Part shown: piece by piece, positions 1 through 8,919 of the stretch
Layout of the letters: each line of letters opens with the position of its first letter
Position numbering within the stretch: the stretch's first letter is position 1
Assembly: GCF_000023205.1 (NCBI RefSeq)
Contig: NC_012803.1
Coordinates: 1,500,001 to 1,532,000, forward strand
DNA: 32,000 nt
Direction of reading: 5' to 3'
Source of the DNA: Micrococcus luteus NCTC 2665
GTDB taxonomy: Bacteria; Actinomycetota; Actinomycetes; Actinomycetales; Micrococcaceae
Position numbers and translations under genes: made by a program
Notes under the pieces: model-generated
Told to the model about the DNA's origin: nothing
Database searches by the model: none
Seen by the model: the letters and a program-made list of their open reading frames with translations, nothing else

Positions 1-178
1 CGAGCGCGGCGAGCACCACGAGGACGCACAGCACGGTCACGCCGGAGCGGGATCGGGGCAGCGGGGCGGGCACCACCGAGAGCGGCGTGCGCTCCTGCGG
101 AGCCGGCCGCGCAGGGGCGACGGGGGTCGACCCGGGGCGCAGCGACCCCGCGATCCGTGCGTGTGCGGCCATGCTCAT
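1..178 (-). CDS. FtsL-like / Rv2164c-like membrane protein, N-terminal part (gene continues beyond the window start)
   Basis: ATG at 178-176 on the minus strand, 14 nt after the rsmH stop. Translates MSMAAHARIAGSLRPGSTPVAPARPAPQERTPLSVVPAPLPRSRSGVTVLCVLVVLAAL: a Pro/Arg-rich tail followed by a hydrophobic helix. The slot after mraZ-rsmH is where ftsL sits in dcw clusters. Confidence 0.5.
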   Translation of the reverse strand, partial: MSMAAHARIAGSLRPGSTPVAPARPAPQERTPLSVVPAPLPRSRSGVTVLCVLVVLAAL

Positions 179-192
179 CTCCTCGTGCAGCG

Positions 193-1242
193 TCATGCCG
201 TGGTCCTGGACGTCCTGATCTTCTCAACCGCCCGCACTTTCGCGGAGGAGGCGCGACGGTTCTCTGAGATCTCTTCTTCGGTGGGCTTCTCGGTGCCACG
301 GGTGAGCACCCGCACCACGGGTTCGTGCTCCTCCAGCACCACCGGGAACCCCGGGGGCGCCGTGGACGTGGCCCACGCGCTCAGGTGTCGCTTCGTGATG
401 CGGTCCTCGAGGGAGTGGTAGCTCATCACCACGAGGCGGCCGCCCACGTGGAGGGCGTCGAGGATGGCGGGCACGGCGGCGTCGAGGATGTCGAGCTCCT
501 CGTTCACGGCGATGCGCAGGGCCTGGAAGGTGCGCTTGGCCGGGTGCCCGCCGGTGGCCCCCGCGGCGACGGGGACGGCCGAGCGGATCACCTCGACGAG
601 GCGTCCGGTGGTCTCGATGGGTGCTTCGGCGCGGGCTCGGACGATGGCCCGTGCGATGGGGCCGGCGAAGCGCTCCTCGCCGTCGCGACGGATGATGCGG
701 CGCAGTTCCTGCTCGTCCAGCTCCGCCACGAGTGTCGCGGCGGAGCGCTCGGCGGTGTCGTCCATGCGCATGTCCAGCGGAGCGTCGTAAGAGTAGGCGA
801 AGCCGCGCTCCCGGTCGTCCAGCTGGTAGGAGGACACGCCGAGGTCGTAGAGCGCGGCGTCGACCTTCGTGACGCCCGCGGCGGCCATGGCCTCGGGCAC
901 CCGGTCGTAGGTGCCGTGGAAGGGGATCACACGGTCGGCGAGGGGGCCGAGGCGCTCGGCGGCCATGGCCTGGGCGTGGGCGTCGCGGTCGATGCCGATG
1001 ACGCGCAGGTGGGGGAACCGGGTCAGCAGGGCCTCGGTGTGCCCGCCCATGCCCAGCGTGCCGTCGACGGCGACGGGCGTGCGGCCAGCCTCGAGCGCGG
1101 CCTGGACGGCGGGGGCGAGGAGGTCGACGACGCGGTCCCGCATCACGGGCAGGTGGCGGTCCTCCGGGCGCGGCTGGCCTGCGTCCACTCTCGACCTCCT
1201 GCTCACATCGCGGTCCTGGCGGACCTCGGGCGGGATCCCCAT
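193..1242 (-). CDS. rsmH: 16S rRNA (cytosine1402-N4)-methyltransferase RsmH (MraW)
   Basis: 349-aa ORF with RsmH hallmarks HLPVM..VVDLL, the SAM motif DGTLGMGGHTEALL, YDLGVSSYQLD and SYHSLEDR. It lies immediately downstream of mraZ. The exact start is uncertain; it may be internal to the ORF. Confidence 0.9.
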   Translation of the reverse strand: MGIPPEVRQDRDVSRRSRVDAGQPRPEDRHLPVMRDRVVDLLAPAVQAALEAGRTPVAVDGTLGMGGHTEALLTRFPHLRVIGIDRDAHAQAMAAERLGPLADRVIPFHGTYDRVPEAMAAAGVTKVDAALYDLGVSSYQLDDRERGFAYSYDAPLDMRMDDTAERSAATLVAELDEQELRRIIRRDGEERFAGPIARAIVRARAEAPIETTGRLVEVIRSAVPVAAGATGGHPAKRTFQALRIAVNEELDILDAAVPAILDALHVGGRLVVMSYHSLEDRITKRHLSAWATSTAPPGFPVVLEEHEPVVRVLTRGTEKPTEEEISENRRASSAKVRAVEKIRTSRTTA

Positions 1243-1330
1243 CCGTCCGCCGCCGCGCCTGGCCCAGGGGAAGACGGGTCAGGTGCGGCGGCGTCGGCTG
1301 GAGGTCTCGCTCGAGGTCGGGTGGTCACGG

Positions 1331-1762
1331 TCAGAAGACGCCGGGCAGGACGTCCTCGTCGGTCTCGGAGAAGGCGGCTTCCTGCTCGGCGAGGTAGGTG
1401 TTCCAGGACTCCGAGTCCCAGATCTCCACTCGCGTCCCCGCGCCGATCACGGTCACGTCCCGGTCCAGCCCCGCATACTGCCGCAACGGCGCCGGCACGG
1501 TCACCCGACCCTGCTTGTCCGGGACCTCGTCCGACGCCCCCGAGAGGAAGACGCGGATGTAGTCACGGGCCTGGCGGGAGGACAGTGGAGCCGACCTCAT
1601 CTGCTCGTGGACCCGCTCGAACTCACGAGCGCTGAACACGTAGATGCAGCGCTCCTGACCCCGGGTCAGGACCAGCCCCTCCGCCAGCTCCTCGCGGAAC
1701 TTGGCGGGGAGGATCAGCCGGGACTTCTCGTCGAGCCGGGGGGTGTACGTGCCCAAGAACAC
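1331..1762 (-). CDS. mraZ: Transcriptional regulator MraZ
   Basis: 143 aa. The N-terminus [26 protein letters not shown] and a second SpoVT/AbrB-like repeat ([15 protein letters not shown]) are typical MraZ. It is the first gene of the dcw cluster. Confidence 0.95.
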   Translation of the reverse strand: MFLGTYTPRLDEKSRLILPAKFREELAEGLVLTRGQERCIYVFSAREFERVHEQMRSAPLSSRQARDYIRVFLSGASDEVPDKQGRVTVPAPLRQYAGLDRDVTVIGAGTRVEIWDSESWNTYLAEQEAAFSETDEDVLPGVF

Positions 1763-1823
1763 GGCACACCCCCTGGCTCGTCAAGCGGTCCCTCCCGACC
1801 AAGGTCGGGACCCATGCTCTCTC

Positions 1824-1854
1824 CTTCCCTCCACATTACCCCACTTCCCTCCAC
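1824..1854 (-). promoter_or_regulatory. Candidate MraZ operator: three GTGGR boxes at 10-bp phasing upstream of mraZ
   Basis: The minus strand reads GTGGAGGGAAG-TGGGGTAAT-GTGGAGGGAAG. The 11-bp unit (plus strand CTTCCCTCCAC) occurs at 1824-1834 and 1844-1854, with a GTGGG box between them, so GTGGR starts are 10 bp apart. The site lies 62-92 nt upstream of the mraZ start. Confidence 0.5.
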
Positions 1855-2084
1855 CATCAACCCCGGACGCGGGTCCCGGCGCCACGGGCGTGTCGAGGCC
1901 CCCCGAGTCCGGCGCGCCATCCCGCGGGTCCCGGGGCCGGCGTCGCCGTGGAGGGACGTGAAGGACCGGTGGGCCCCGGTGGAGGGCCGCGGCGACGACG
2001 GGGCCTCGAGCAGCGGAAAGGCCCCGATCCGGAGCGGATCGGGGCCTGGAGTGGAGGATAGTGGGGGCCCGGCGGGCCAGGCGC

Positions 2085-2471
2085 TCAGTCGCCTCCGGCG
2101 CGCCGCTCGTCCCAGCGCCGCTCGAGGCGGCCCATGAAGTCGCCGCCTCCCTGCCGTCGCGGTGCGCCCGACCGGCGGGCCTCCGGGCCCGAGGCCCCGG
2201 AGGCGACAGCGCGCGGCCGCGTGGTCAGCAGGAAGATGCCGGCCCCGATGACGACGACGCCGAGCACGCCCAGGAGGATCGCGTGGTTGGCGACCCCGAG
2301 GACCACGACGAGCAGCCCGACCACTGCGAGGACGGCCCCGGCCACGACGCGACCCACGGGCAGCCGATGCCGCCCCGTGTCCGCCATCTGGGTGGCCAGC
2401 CGGGGGTCCTCGGTGCGCAGCTGCTGCTCCAGCTGGTCCAGCATCCGCTGCTCATGCTCTGAGAGGGGCAT
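2085..2471 (-). CDS. DUF3040 family membrane protein
   Basis: Internal ATG at 2471-2469 of the 221-aa ORF gives 128 aa. The protein starts MPLSEHEQRMLDQLEQQLRTEDPRLATQM (DUF3040 signature helix), followed by two hydrophobic segments. The upstream part of the ORF is Arg/Pro-rich junk. Confidence 0.8.
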   Translation of the reverse strand: MPLSEHEQRMLDQLEQQLRTEDPRLATQMADTGRHRLPVGRVVAGAVLAVVGLLVVVLGVANHAILLGVLGVVVIGAGIFLLTTRPRAVASGASGPEARRSGAPRRQGGGDFMGRLERRWDERRAGGD

Positions 2472-2604
2472 GGCGACTCCTTCGAACGCGGCCTCCGACA
2501 CCTCCGGGACCGGGAGGGGACGCCCGCGCGTCCGACTTGCCCTCCAGGATAGGACCTGCCGCCCCACCCTAGCCAGGTGGCGACGTCGCCGGCCCCGGAA
2601 CCCC

Positions 2605-3900
2605 TCACTCCCGGTCCGGGCCTCCGGGGCCCGGCCGCGGCGCGTCCCGGCGGGCGTCGGCGCGGGCCTCGCGGCGACCCAGCAGCGACGCCGGCCGCAC
2701 GGCCGCCGTCGGGAAGCGCCGGGCGACGGCGTCCAGGGCGGCCTCGGCACCAGCCCAGTCGCCCGCCTCCGACGCCTCGCCCTCCGTCCCCCAGGCGGGA
2801 CCGCCGAAGAGCGCCTCCTGGGCCGGGGGCTGATCGGCCTCGTCCCCGAGGCGCTCGGCGCGCACGCCCACGAGCCGGACCGGATGCGGCCGTTCGGCGT
2901 GCAGCTCGCGGACGAGCCGCCGCGCCGGGCCGAGGAGGTCGTGGCCCGTGGCGGTCGGCCGGGCGAGGCGGGCGGTGCGGCTGCGGACCGACCCGTCCGG
3001 CGCCTTGAGGCGGACCGTCACCGCGCCGGCGGTGACCTGCTCCGCACGCAGCCGGGCCGCGACCCGGTGGCACAGGCGCAGGACCTCCGGGTCGACGCCC
3101 ACGACGTCGACGGGGTCGACGTCGAAGGTGTGGTCCGCGCCGATGCTGCGGGCCGCCGGGCGCGGGGCGACGGGGCGCGGGTCGATGCCCCGGGCGAGCG
3201 ACGCCCACTCCCGGCCGGCAGCCCCGAACGACGCCTCCAGCCGCGCGGGGTCCACCCGGGCGAGGTCACCGATGGTCGCCACCCCCCGCCGGGCGAGCCG
3301 CTCGGCCGCCTTGGGGCCCACGCCCCACAGCCGGCCCACGGGCAGCGGATGGAGGAAGTCCAGGGTGCGCTGCGGCGGCACGATCAGCAGGCCGTCGGGC
3401 TTGGCCGCGGTGGACGCCGTCTTGGCCACGAACTTCACGGCCGAGCCGCCCACGGTGCACGGCAGCCCCAGCGCTGAGCGGACGCGCTCCCGGATCAGGT
3501 GGCCGATGTGCTCGGGCGGGCCGAGCCGGCGGCGGGCGCCGGCGACGTCGAGGAACGCCTCGTCCACGCTGAGCTGCTCCATCACGGGGGTCACGTCCGC
3601 GAGCACGGCCATCACCTCGGCGGAGACGGCCCGGTAGAGCTGCTGGCGCGGCGGGATGACCACGAGGGGTGGGCACAGGGCGCGGGCGTGCGCCAGGGGC
3701 ATCGCCGAGCGGACCCCGTAGGCCCGCGCCGCGTACGAGGCGGAGAGCACCACGGACCGGCCGCTCGGGGCGGCGACGGCGGCGGGACGCCCCTCGAGGT
3801 CGGGCTGTTCGCGCAGCTCGACGGACAGGAAGAACGCGTCCATGTCCACGTGCAGGATCGTCGCCTCATCGCGGGGTGCAGCGGGCGCGGTCTCGGACAT
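2605..3900 (-). CDS. dinB: DNA polymerase IV (Y-family translesion polymerase)
   Basis: 431 aa. ILHVDMDAFFLSVE (catalytic Asp motif), SIDEAFLDV-like LSVDEAFLDV, and the little-finger region LPVGRLWGVGPKAAERL. Confidence 0.93.
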   Translation of the reverse strand: MSETAPAAPRDEATILHVDMDAFFLSVELREQPDLEGRPAAVAAPSGRSVVLSASYAARAYGVRSAMPLAHARALCPPLVVIPPRQQLYRAVSAEVMAVLADVTPVMEQLSVDEAFLDVAGARRRLGPPEHIGHLIRERVRSALGLPCTVGGSAVKFVAKTASTAAKPDGLLIVPPQRTLDFLHPLPVGRLWGVGPKAAERLARRGVATIGDLARVDPARLEASFGAAGREWASLARGIDPRPVAPRPAARSIGADHTFDVDPVDVVGVDPEVLRLCHRVAARLRAEQVTAGAVTVRLKAPDGSVRSRTARLARPTATGHDLLGPARRLVRELHAERPHPVRLVGVRAERLGDEADQPPAQEALFGGPAWGTEGEASEAGDWAGAEAALDAVARRFPTAAVRPASLLGRREARADARRDAPRPGPGGPDRE

Positions 3901-3956
3901 GGACCGAGCCTATCCGGGACCGGCGAGCCGCCGCGCGGCGCGGCTAGGGTGGGGCC

Positions 3957-5078
3957 ATGCCCGCCGACGTCGCCGTCCCCCGCCCCCGCCCCCGTCCCGC
4001 CGACCAGGACCGCTTCCGCGCCGCCGTCGCCGACGCCCTCGACCGCCTGCTGGCGGAGCACCGCGAACTCGCCCGGGGCATCCACCCGCTGACGGCGCCC
4101 CTCGTGGACGCGATCGCGGACCTGACCGCGGGCGGCAAGCGCCTGCGCGCCGTCCTGGCCTGGCTTGGCTGGCGGGCGGCCGGTGGCGAGGCGGAGGACC
4201 CCCGCATCGCCGAGGCGGGCGCGGCGTTCGAGCTGTTCCAGGCCGCGGCGCTGATCCACGACGACATCCTCGACCGCTCGGACACCCGCCGCGGGATGCC
4301 CAGCGTGCACCGCCGCTTCGAGTCCCTCCACCGGGAGGCGGGCTGGCGCCACGCCGCGGAGCACTTCGGCGTCTCCGCCGCGATCCTCGCCGGCGACGTC
4401 GCCCTGGGGATGAGCGAGACGGCCTTCGCGCGCGTCCTCGCCGGCACGCCCCGGGAGGACCGGGCGCGGGCCGAGCTCGCGCGGATGCGCTTCGGCGTGA
4501 TGGCGGGTCAGTACCTCGACGTGGTGGCCGAGATGGCCCCGGCGGCGCGCGATGCCCGGGAGGCCGAGGCGGCCGCCGAGGCGGTGGTGGAGCACAAGTC
4601 GGCGCGCTATTCGGCGGTGCACCCGCTGGCCCTGGGCGGGCTGCTGGCGGGGGCGGACGACGGGCTGGTGACCGCGTTCGCCCGGGTGTCGCTGCCGTTC
4701 GGCATGGCCTTCCAGTATCGGGACGACCTGCTCGGCGTGTTCGGCGATCCGGCGACCACGGGCAAGCCCGCGGGAGACGACCTGCGGGAGGGGAAGCAGA
4801 CGGTGCTCATCGCCCGCGCCGTCGAGCTGCTCGCCCCGGACGAGGCCGTCGCGCTCGACGCGGACCTCGGCGATCCCGACCTCGGCGCGGACCGGGTGGC
4901 CCACTGGCAGGCCGTCCTCGAGGCGTGCGGTGCGCGCCAGGCCGTCGAAGAGCGGGTCGCGGTGCTCGCGCACGAGGCGGCCGGGGCCGTGGCGGGCCTG
5001 CTCGCGCACGGCGTCCCCGAGGACGTGAGCGCCGAACTCACGCGGCTGATCGACGCATACACGTCGCGCCGCCACTGA
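3957..5078 (+). CDS. idsA: Polyprenyl diphosphate synthase (geranylgeranyl-PP synthase type, IdsA-like)
   Basis: 373 aa. First Asp-rich motif LIHDDILDRSDTRRG and second motif FQYRDDLLGVFGD. Same relative position as idsA2 in mycobacterial synteny. Confidence 0.88.
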   Translation: MPADVAVPRPRPRPADQDRFRAAVADALDRLLAEHRELARGIHPLTAPLVDAIADLTAGGKRLRAVLAWLGWRAAGGEAEDPRIAEAGAAFELFQAAALIHDDILDRSDTRRGMPSVHRRFESLHREAGWRHAAEHFGVSAAILAGDVALGMSETAFARVLAGTPREDRARAELARMRFGVMAGQYLDVVAEMAPAARDAREAEAAAEAVVEHKSARYSAVHPLALGGLLAGADDGLVTAFARVSLPFGMAFQYRDDLLGVFGDPATTGKPAGDDLREGKQTVLIARAVELLAPDEAVALDADLGDPDLGADRVAHWQAVLEACGARQAVEERVAVLAHEAAGAVAGLLAHGVPEDVSAELTRLIDAYTSRRH

Positions 5079-5090
5079 GCCGCACGGACC

Positions 5091-5114
5091 CCGCGGGCGG
5101 ATGGCCGCCCGCGG
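5091..5114. terminator. Perfect 10-bp-stem hairpin between the convergent idsA and Rv2175c-like genes
   Basis: CCGCGGGCGG-atgg-CCGCCCGCGG. No U-tract, as is common in high-GC actinobacteria. Confidence 0.45.
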
Positions 5115-5120
5115 GTCGGC

Positions 5121-5519
5121 TCACCAGGCCAGGGCCTGGGCGCGGCGCCGGATCTCGGTCTTCCGACCGTCCCGGAGCGCGTCGATGGGCCGGCCGGGCA
5201 ACGACTCGTCCTCGGTGAACAGCCAACGGAGAGCCTCCTCGTCGGAGAAGCCGGCGTCGGCCAGCAACACGAGCGTCCCCTGCAGGGAATCGAGCACGCC
5301 GGTCTCGGTGAGGAACAGCGCCGGCACGGACCGCACCGCGGGCGCGGGGCGACGCACGGCCAGCAGGCGGCGATCATGCACGAGGTTGTGGACGCGGGTC
5401 ACGCGCTGGTCGAGGCGCTCCGCCACGTCGGGCACGGAGAGCCACTCGCCCACGAGGGCGTCGAGCTCGGCGGGGATCGCGTCAGCGGGGACCGGGGTGT
5501 CGGAGGAAGTGGTGCTCAC
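5121..5519 (-). CDS. Rv2175c-like winged-helix DNA-binding protein (Ser/Thr-kinase substrate family)
   Basis: GTG at 5519-5517, 132 aa: VSTTSSDTPVP..LVGEWLSVPDVAERLDQRVTRVHNLVHDRRLLAVRR..FSDEEALRWLFTEDESLPGRPIDALRDGRKTEIRRRAQALAW. The rest of the 535-aa ORF upstream is antisense to the LysM/SLT gene and is rejected. Confidence 0.75.
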   Translation of the reverse strand: MSTTSSDTPVPADAIPAELDALVGEWLSVPDVAERLDQRVTRVHNLVHDRRLLAVRRPAPAVRSVPALFLTETGVLDSLQGTLVLLADAGFSDEEALRWLFTEDESLPGRPIDALRDGRKTEIRRRAQALAW

Positions 5520-5714
5520 GGGCGCCAGCCTACGTGGCCGCCGACGGGCCCGGCCCACCGCGCCCCAGACGGCATGGATCTCAGTATGGTCACGAAGATC
5601 ACAATCCGATAACATCGCCGAGGCTCCATGGCCGGGCGCCGACGTCGTCGGTCGACCGCGGGGGCCACGGGTCCCACCCGTCACTTCCCCGTCGTGTTCC
5701 ATCCGCCCGATCCG

Positions 5715-6902
5715 ATGCCGAGGTCTGCCGTGCCCCACACCCCCGTCCGCTCCCGCCGCCTGCGCTCCGTCCTGACCGGCGGCGCAGTGCCCCTGCTGCT
5801 GCTCACCGGTCTGCCCGCCCAGGCCCACGCCCAGGAGGCGGCGGTGCACACCGTGCGCCCGGGCGACTCCCTCACCCGGATCTCGGCCGCCCGCGGCGTC
5901 TCCGTCGCCGACCTGCTGCGGTTCAACGGCCTGGGCCTGGAGACCGTGCTCTACCCGGGTGACGAGCTCCGCCTGACCGGCGCGGCGGCCCCGGCCCCGG
6001 CCCCCGGGACCTACACGGTGCAGCCGAACGACGGGTGGTGGGTCATCGCCCGCCGCACCGGTGTCTCCGCCGCGCAGCTGCAACGCCTCAACGGCATGAG
6101 CGCCTCGAGCATGCTCCACCCGGGCATGGTCCTGACCACGCAGCGCACGGCCGCCGCACCGAAGGCCCCCGCGTCGACCGCCCCGCCCACGGCCCCCGCC
6201 ACCGCGCCGGCGTCGAAGGCCCCGACGGCGGCCGGCGGGACGGTCCGGTACACCGTGGTCTCCGGCGACTCCCTCTGGGGGATCTCCCAGCGGTTCGAGG
6301 TCTCCATCCCCCGTCTGCGCGAGCTCAACGGCCTGACGCGGGCCTCGACGCTGCACCCCGGCGACGTGCTCGTGATCTCCGACGGCACCCTCGAGGTGGA
6401 GCCGGTCTCCGCCGTCCAGGCGGTCGGCGACACCTTCCTCGGGCGCACCTACGCGCCGCACGTGACGGCCTCGGCGAACGAGAACCTGCGCCTGCTGCGC
6501 TCCGTCCCGCAGCCCACCCCCGAGCAGATGCAGCAGATCGTCCGCGAGACCGCCGAGCGGATGGGCGTGGACCCTCGCCTGGCCCTGGGCCACGCGTACA
6601 CCGAGTCCCGCTTCCGCATGGCCTCGGTCTCCCCCGGCAATGCCGTGGGGGCGATGCAGGTCATCCCGATCACGGGCGAGTTCGCCTCGGAGCTGGTGGG
6701 CCGCGAGCTGAACCTGCTGGACCCCCACGACAACGTGGTGGCCGGCGTTGCGTTCATCAAGTACGTGCAGGACCGCACCCCCACCCTCGATGAGGGCATC
6801 GGGGCCTACTACCAGGGCCTCGGCGGAGTGCTGGACAGCGGCCTGAACCCGGAGGCACGGGACTACGTGGCCAAGGTGCGCGCCGCGATGGCGATGTTCT
6901 GA
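5715..6902 (+). CDS. Secreted 3xLysM + SLT-domain lytic transglycosylase
   Basis: Signal peptide MPRSAVPHTPVRSRRLRSVLTGGAVPLLLLTGLPAQAHA (Tat-like SRRLRS). Three LysM repeats (HTVRPGDSLTRIS.., YTVQPNDGWWVIA.., YTVVSGDSLWGIS..). C-terminal SLT motifs AYTESRF, GAMQV, AYYQG. Codon third-position GC rises sharply at about 5715. Alternative starts are GTG 5730 (GAGG 6 nt upstream) and ATG 5628 (poor codon usage). Confidence 0.85.
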   Translation: MPRSAVPHTPVRSRRLRSVLTGGAVPLLLLTGLPAQAHAQEAAVHTVRPGDSLTRISAARGVSVADLLRFNGLGLETVLYPGDELRLTGAAAPAPAPGTYTVQPNDGWWVIARRTGVSAAQLQRLNGMSASSMLHPGMVLTTQRTAAAPKAPASTAPPTAPATAPASKAPTAAGGTVRYTVVSGDSLWGISQRFEVSIPRLRELNGLTRASTLHPGDVLVISDGTLEVEPVSAVQAVGDTFLGRTYAPHVTASANENLRLLRSVPQPTPEQMQQIVRETAERMGVDPRLALGHAYTESRFRMASVSPGNAVGAMQVIPITGEFASELVGRELNLLDPHDNVVAGVAFIKYVQDRTPTLDEGIGAYYQGLGGVLDSGLNPEARDYVAKVRAAMAMF

Positions 6903-6957
6903 TCCGCCGGCGGCGGACCGCCCCGAGGGGGTCCGCCGCCTGTCCTACCCTGGGACG

Positions 6958-8895
6958 ATGAGCAGCGCACGCCGGGACCCCCTCGTGGGGGGCATCGTCG
7001 ACGGCCGCTACCGGGTCGTCGAGCGGCTGGCCCGGGGCGGCATGTCCACCGTCTACCTGGCCGTGGACGAGCGTCTCGACCGCCAGGTGGCGCTCAAGGT
7101 CATGCACCCGCACCTGGCGGAGGACCCCGTCCTCGTCGGCCGGTTCGAGCAGGAGGCCAAGACGACGGCGCGGCTGTCCCACCCCCACGTCGTCGCGGTC
7201 CTGGACCAGGGCCACACCGAGGCCGAGGACGGCGACGTGCTGGCCTACCTCGTGATGGAGCACGTGCCCGGCCGCACGCTGCGCGCCGTCATCCGGGACC
7301 GTGCACCGCTCTCGCCCCGGGAGGCGCTGCGGTACCTGCGTCCGCTCGTCGACGGCCTGGCCGCCGCGCACCGCGCCGGACTGGTCCACCGGGACGTGAA
7401 GCCCGAGAACGTGCTCGTCCGCGAGGACGGCCGGGTGACGGTCGCGGACTTCGGCCTCTCCCGCGCCGCCACGGCCCACACCATGGCCGGGCAGGCCGTC
7501 GTGGGCACGCCCGCCTACCTCGCCCCCGAGCACATCGCCGGGGCGCCCGCCGACGCCCGCTCCGACGTGTACGCCGTGGGCATCATCCTGTTCGAGCTGC
7601 TCACGGGCCGCCAGCCGTACACCGCGGCGACCGCGCTGCAGGTCGCCTACCGGCACGTCCACGAGCGGGTCCCCGTGCCGTCCACGCTCCACCCCGGGCT
7701 CCCCGAGGACCTCGACGACCTCGTGCTGTGGTGCACCGAGCCGGACCCGGCCGACCGGCCCGCCGGTGCCGGCGAGCTCCTGCACCGCATCGAGGCCGTG
7801 GCGGCGGGCCTGGACCCCGACGAACCGGACCGCAGCCCCGCCGCGGGCCCGGGCGCGGAGCCGGCGGCGGCCGCCCCCGCCGCCGATGGCCTCGAGGACG
7901 CAGCCCCGGACGGGGACCTGCAGACCCGGGCCCTCGACGCCGGCGACCATCACGCGACGCGCGTGCTCCCCGCCCTGGCTGAGTCCGCCCTCGACGAGGA
8001 CATGACCGACGTCATCGACACCCGTGCGGCGACGCACAGGGGCGACAGGCGGCCCGCCGCGCGCCCGGCGGTGCCGATCGGCCCGCTCGCGGTCGACCCC
8101 GCTCCGGCGGACCGGCATCCGGGGCGCGGCTCCCGGCGGCGGCTGCGTCGGGCGGCCCGCCGCCCCGCCCTCGACCTCGGCCAGGGCACCGGCCGGGCCG
8201 CGGCGATCGGCGCGGCCGTGACCCTGCTGCTCACCGGCGTCGCCCTGCTGCTGGGCTGGACGCTGGGCTCCGGCGGCCTCGGAGTCGGTGGCGTGGCGGT
8301 GGTCCCCGACCTCGACGGGCTGGCCCGGGAGGCGGCGGAGGAACGGCTGACCGCCGCGGGCTTCACCGCGGCGGTCACGGCCCGGCATGACGAACTCCGC
8401 ACGGAGGGCACGGTCGTCGCCAGCTCACCCGCGGCCGGGGAGCCGGCTGGGCGCGGCGCCCCCGTCGAGCTCACCGTCTCCGCCGGCCCCGCGCCGGTGC
8501 CGGTGCCCGACCTGACCGGCGTCGTGATCCGGCAGGCCCACGGCGTGGCCCGGGACGCCCGATTCACCGTGGAGGTCGCGGAGCGCCGCACCGATCCCGC
8601 AGTGCCGGCCGGGGCCGTGATCGAGCAGCACCCGGCCCCCGGCGAGCAGGCGACGCCGGGCACCGCGGTCCGCGTGGTGCTCTCCGAGGGCCGCGCCATG
8701 CGCCCGGTGCCGGACATGACCGGGCAGGATCCGGAGACCGCGCACACGACGCTGGCGGACGAGGGCTGGGACGCCCGCGTGCATCGCCTGCCGCTGCCGC
8801 TCTCCGCCCGGGGCGAGTCCCGGGTCCTGCACCAGTCCCCCGCCGCCGGGACCGCGCTGCCGGAGGGCACCGCGGTCCACGTCTGGGTCGGCTGA
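6958..8895 (+). CDS. pknL: Ser/Thr protein kinase with transmembrane helix and three C-terminal PASTA repeats (pknL position)
   Basis: 645 aa. Hanks motifs VALKVM, HRDVKPENVLV, DFGLSR, GTPAYLAPE. TM segment AAAIGAAVTLLLTGVALLLGW. Three PASTA-like units each begin VPDL/VPDM. Confidence 0.9.
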   Translation: MSSARRDPLVGGIVDGRYRVVERLARGGMSTVYLAVDERLDRQVALKVMHPHLAEDPVLVGRFEQEAKTTARLSHPHVVAVLDQGHTEAEDGDVLAYLVMEHVPGRTLRAVIRDRAPLSPREALRYLRPLVDGLAAAHRAGLVHRDVKPENVLVREDGRVTVADFGLSRAATAHTMAGQAVVGTPAYLAPEHIAGAPADARSDVYAVGIILFELLTGRQPYTAATALQVAYRHVHERVPVPSTLHPGLPEDLDDLVLWCTEPDPADRPAGAGELLHRIEAVAAGLDPDEPDRSPAAGPGAEPAAAAPAADGLEDAAPDGDLQTRALDAGDHHATRVLPALAESALDEDMTDVIDTRAATHRGDRRPAARPAVPIGPLAVDPAPADRHPGRGSRRRLRRAARRPALDLGQGTGRAAAIGAAVTLLLTGVALLLGWTLGSGGLGVGGVAVVPDLDGLAREAAEERLTAAGFTAAVTARHDELRTEGTVVASSPAAGEPAGRGAPVELTVSAGPAPVPVPDLTGVVIRQAHGVARDARFTVEVAERRTDPAVPAGAVIEQHPAPGEQATPGTAVRVVLSEGRAMRPVPDMTGQDPETAHTTLADEGWDARVHRLPLPLSARGESRVLHQSPAAGTALPEGTAVHVWVG

Positions 8896-8919
8896 GCCGG
8901 GGCGTGCCCGGCCGCGCGG

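Noticed and set aside
325-2137. 436-aa and 408-aa plus-strand ORFs over rsmH/mraZ
   Set aside because: They are antisense to rsmH and mraZ and have no family resemblance.
5560-5731. A confident c-di-AMP (ydaO) riboswitch call upstream of the LysM/SLT gene
   Set aside because: Only one short conserved block has a partial match. The other conserved blocks and the closing helix are not evident. It is kept only as a low-interest item for a covariance-model check.
5520-6728. N-terminal 400 codons of the 535-aa minus-strand ORF
   Set aside because: Only the last 132 codons resemble Rv2175c-type proteins. The rest is antisense to the LysM/SLT gene and is low complexity.
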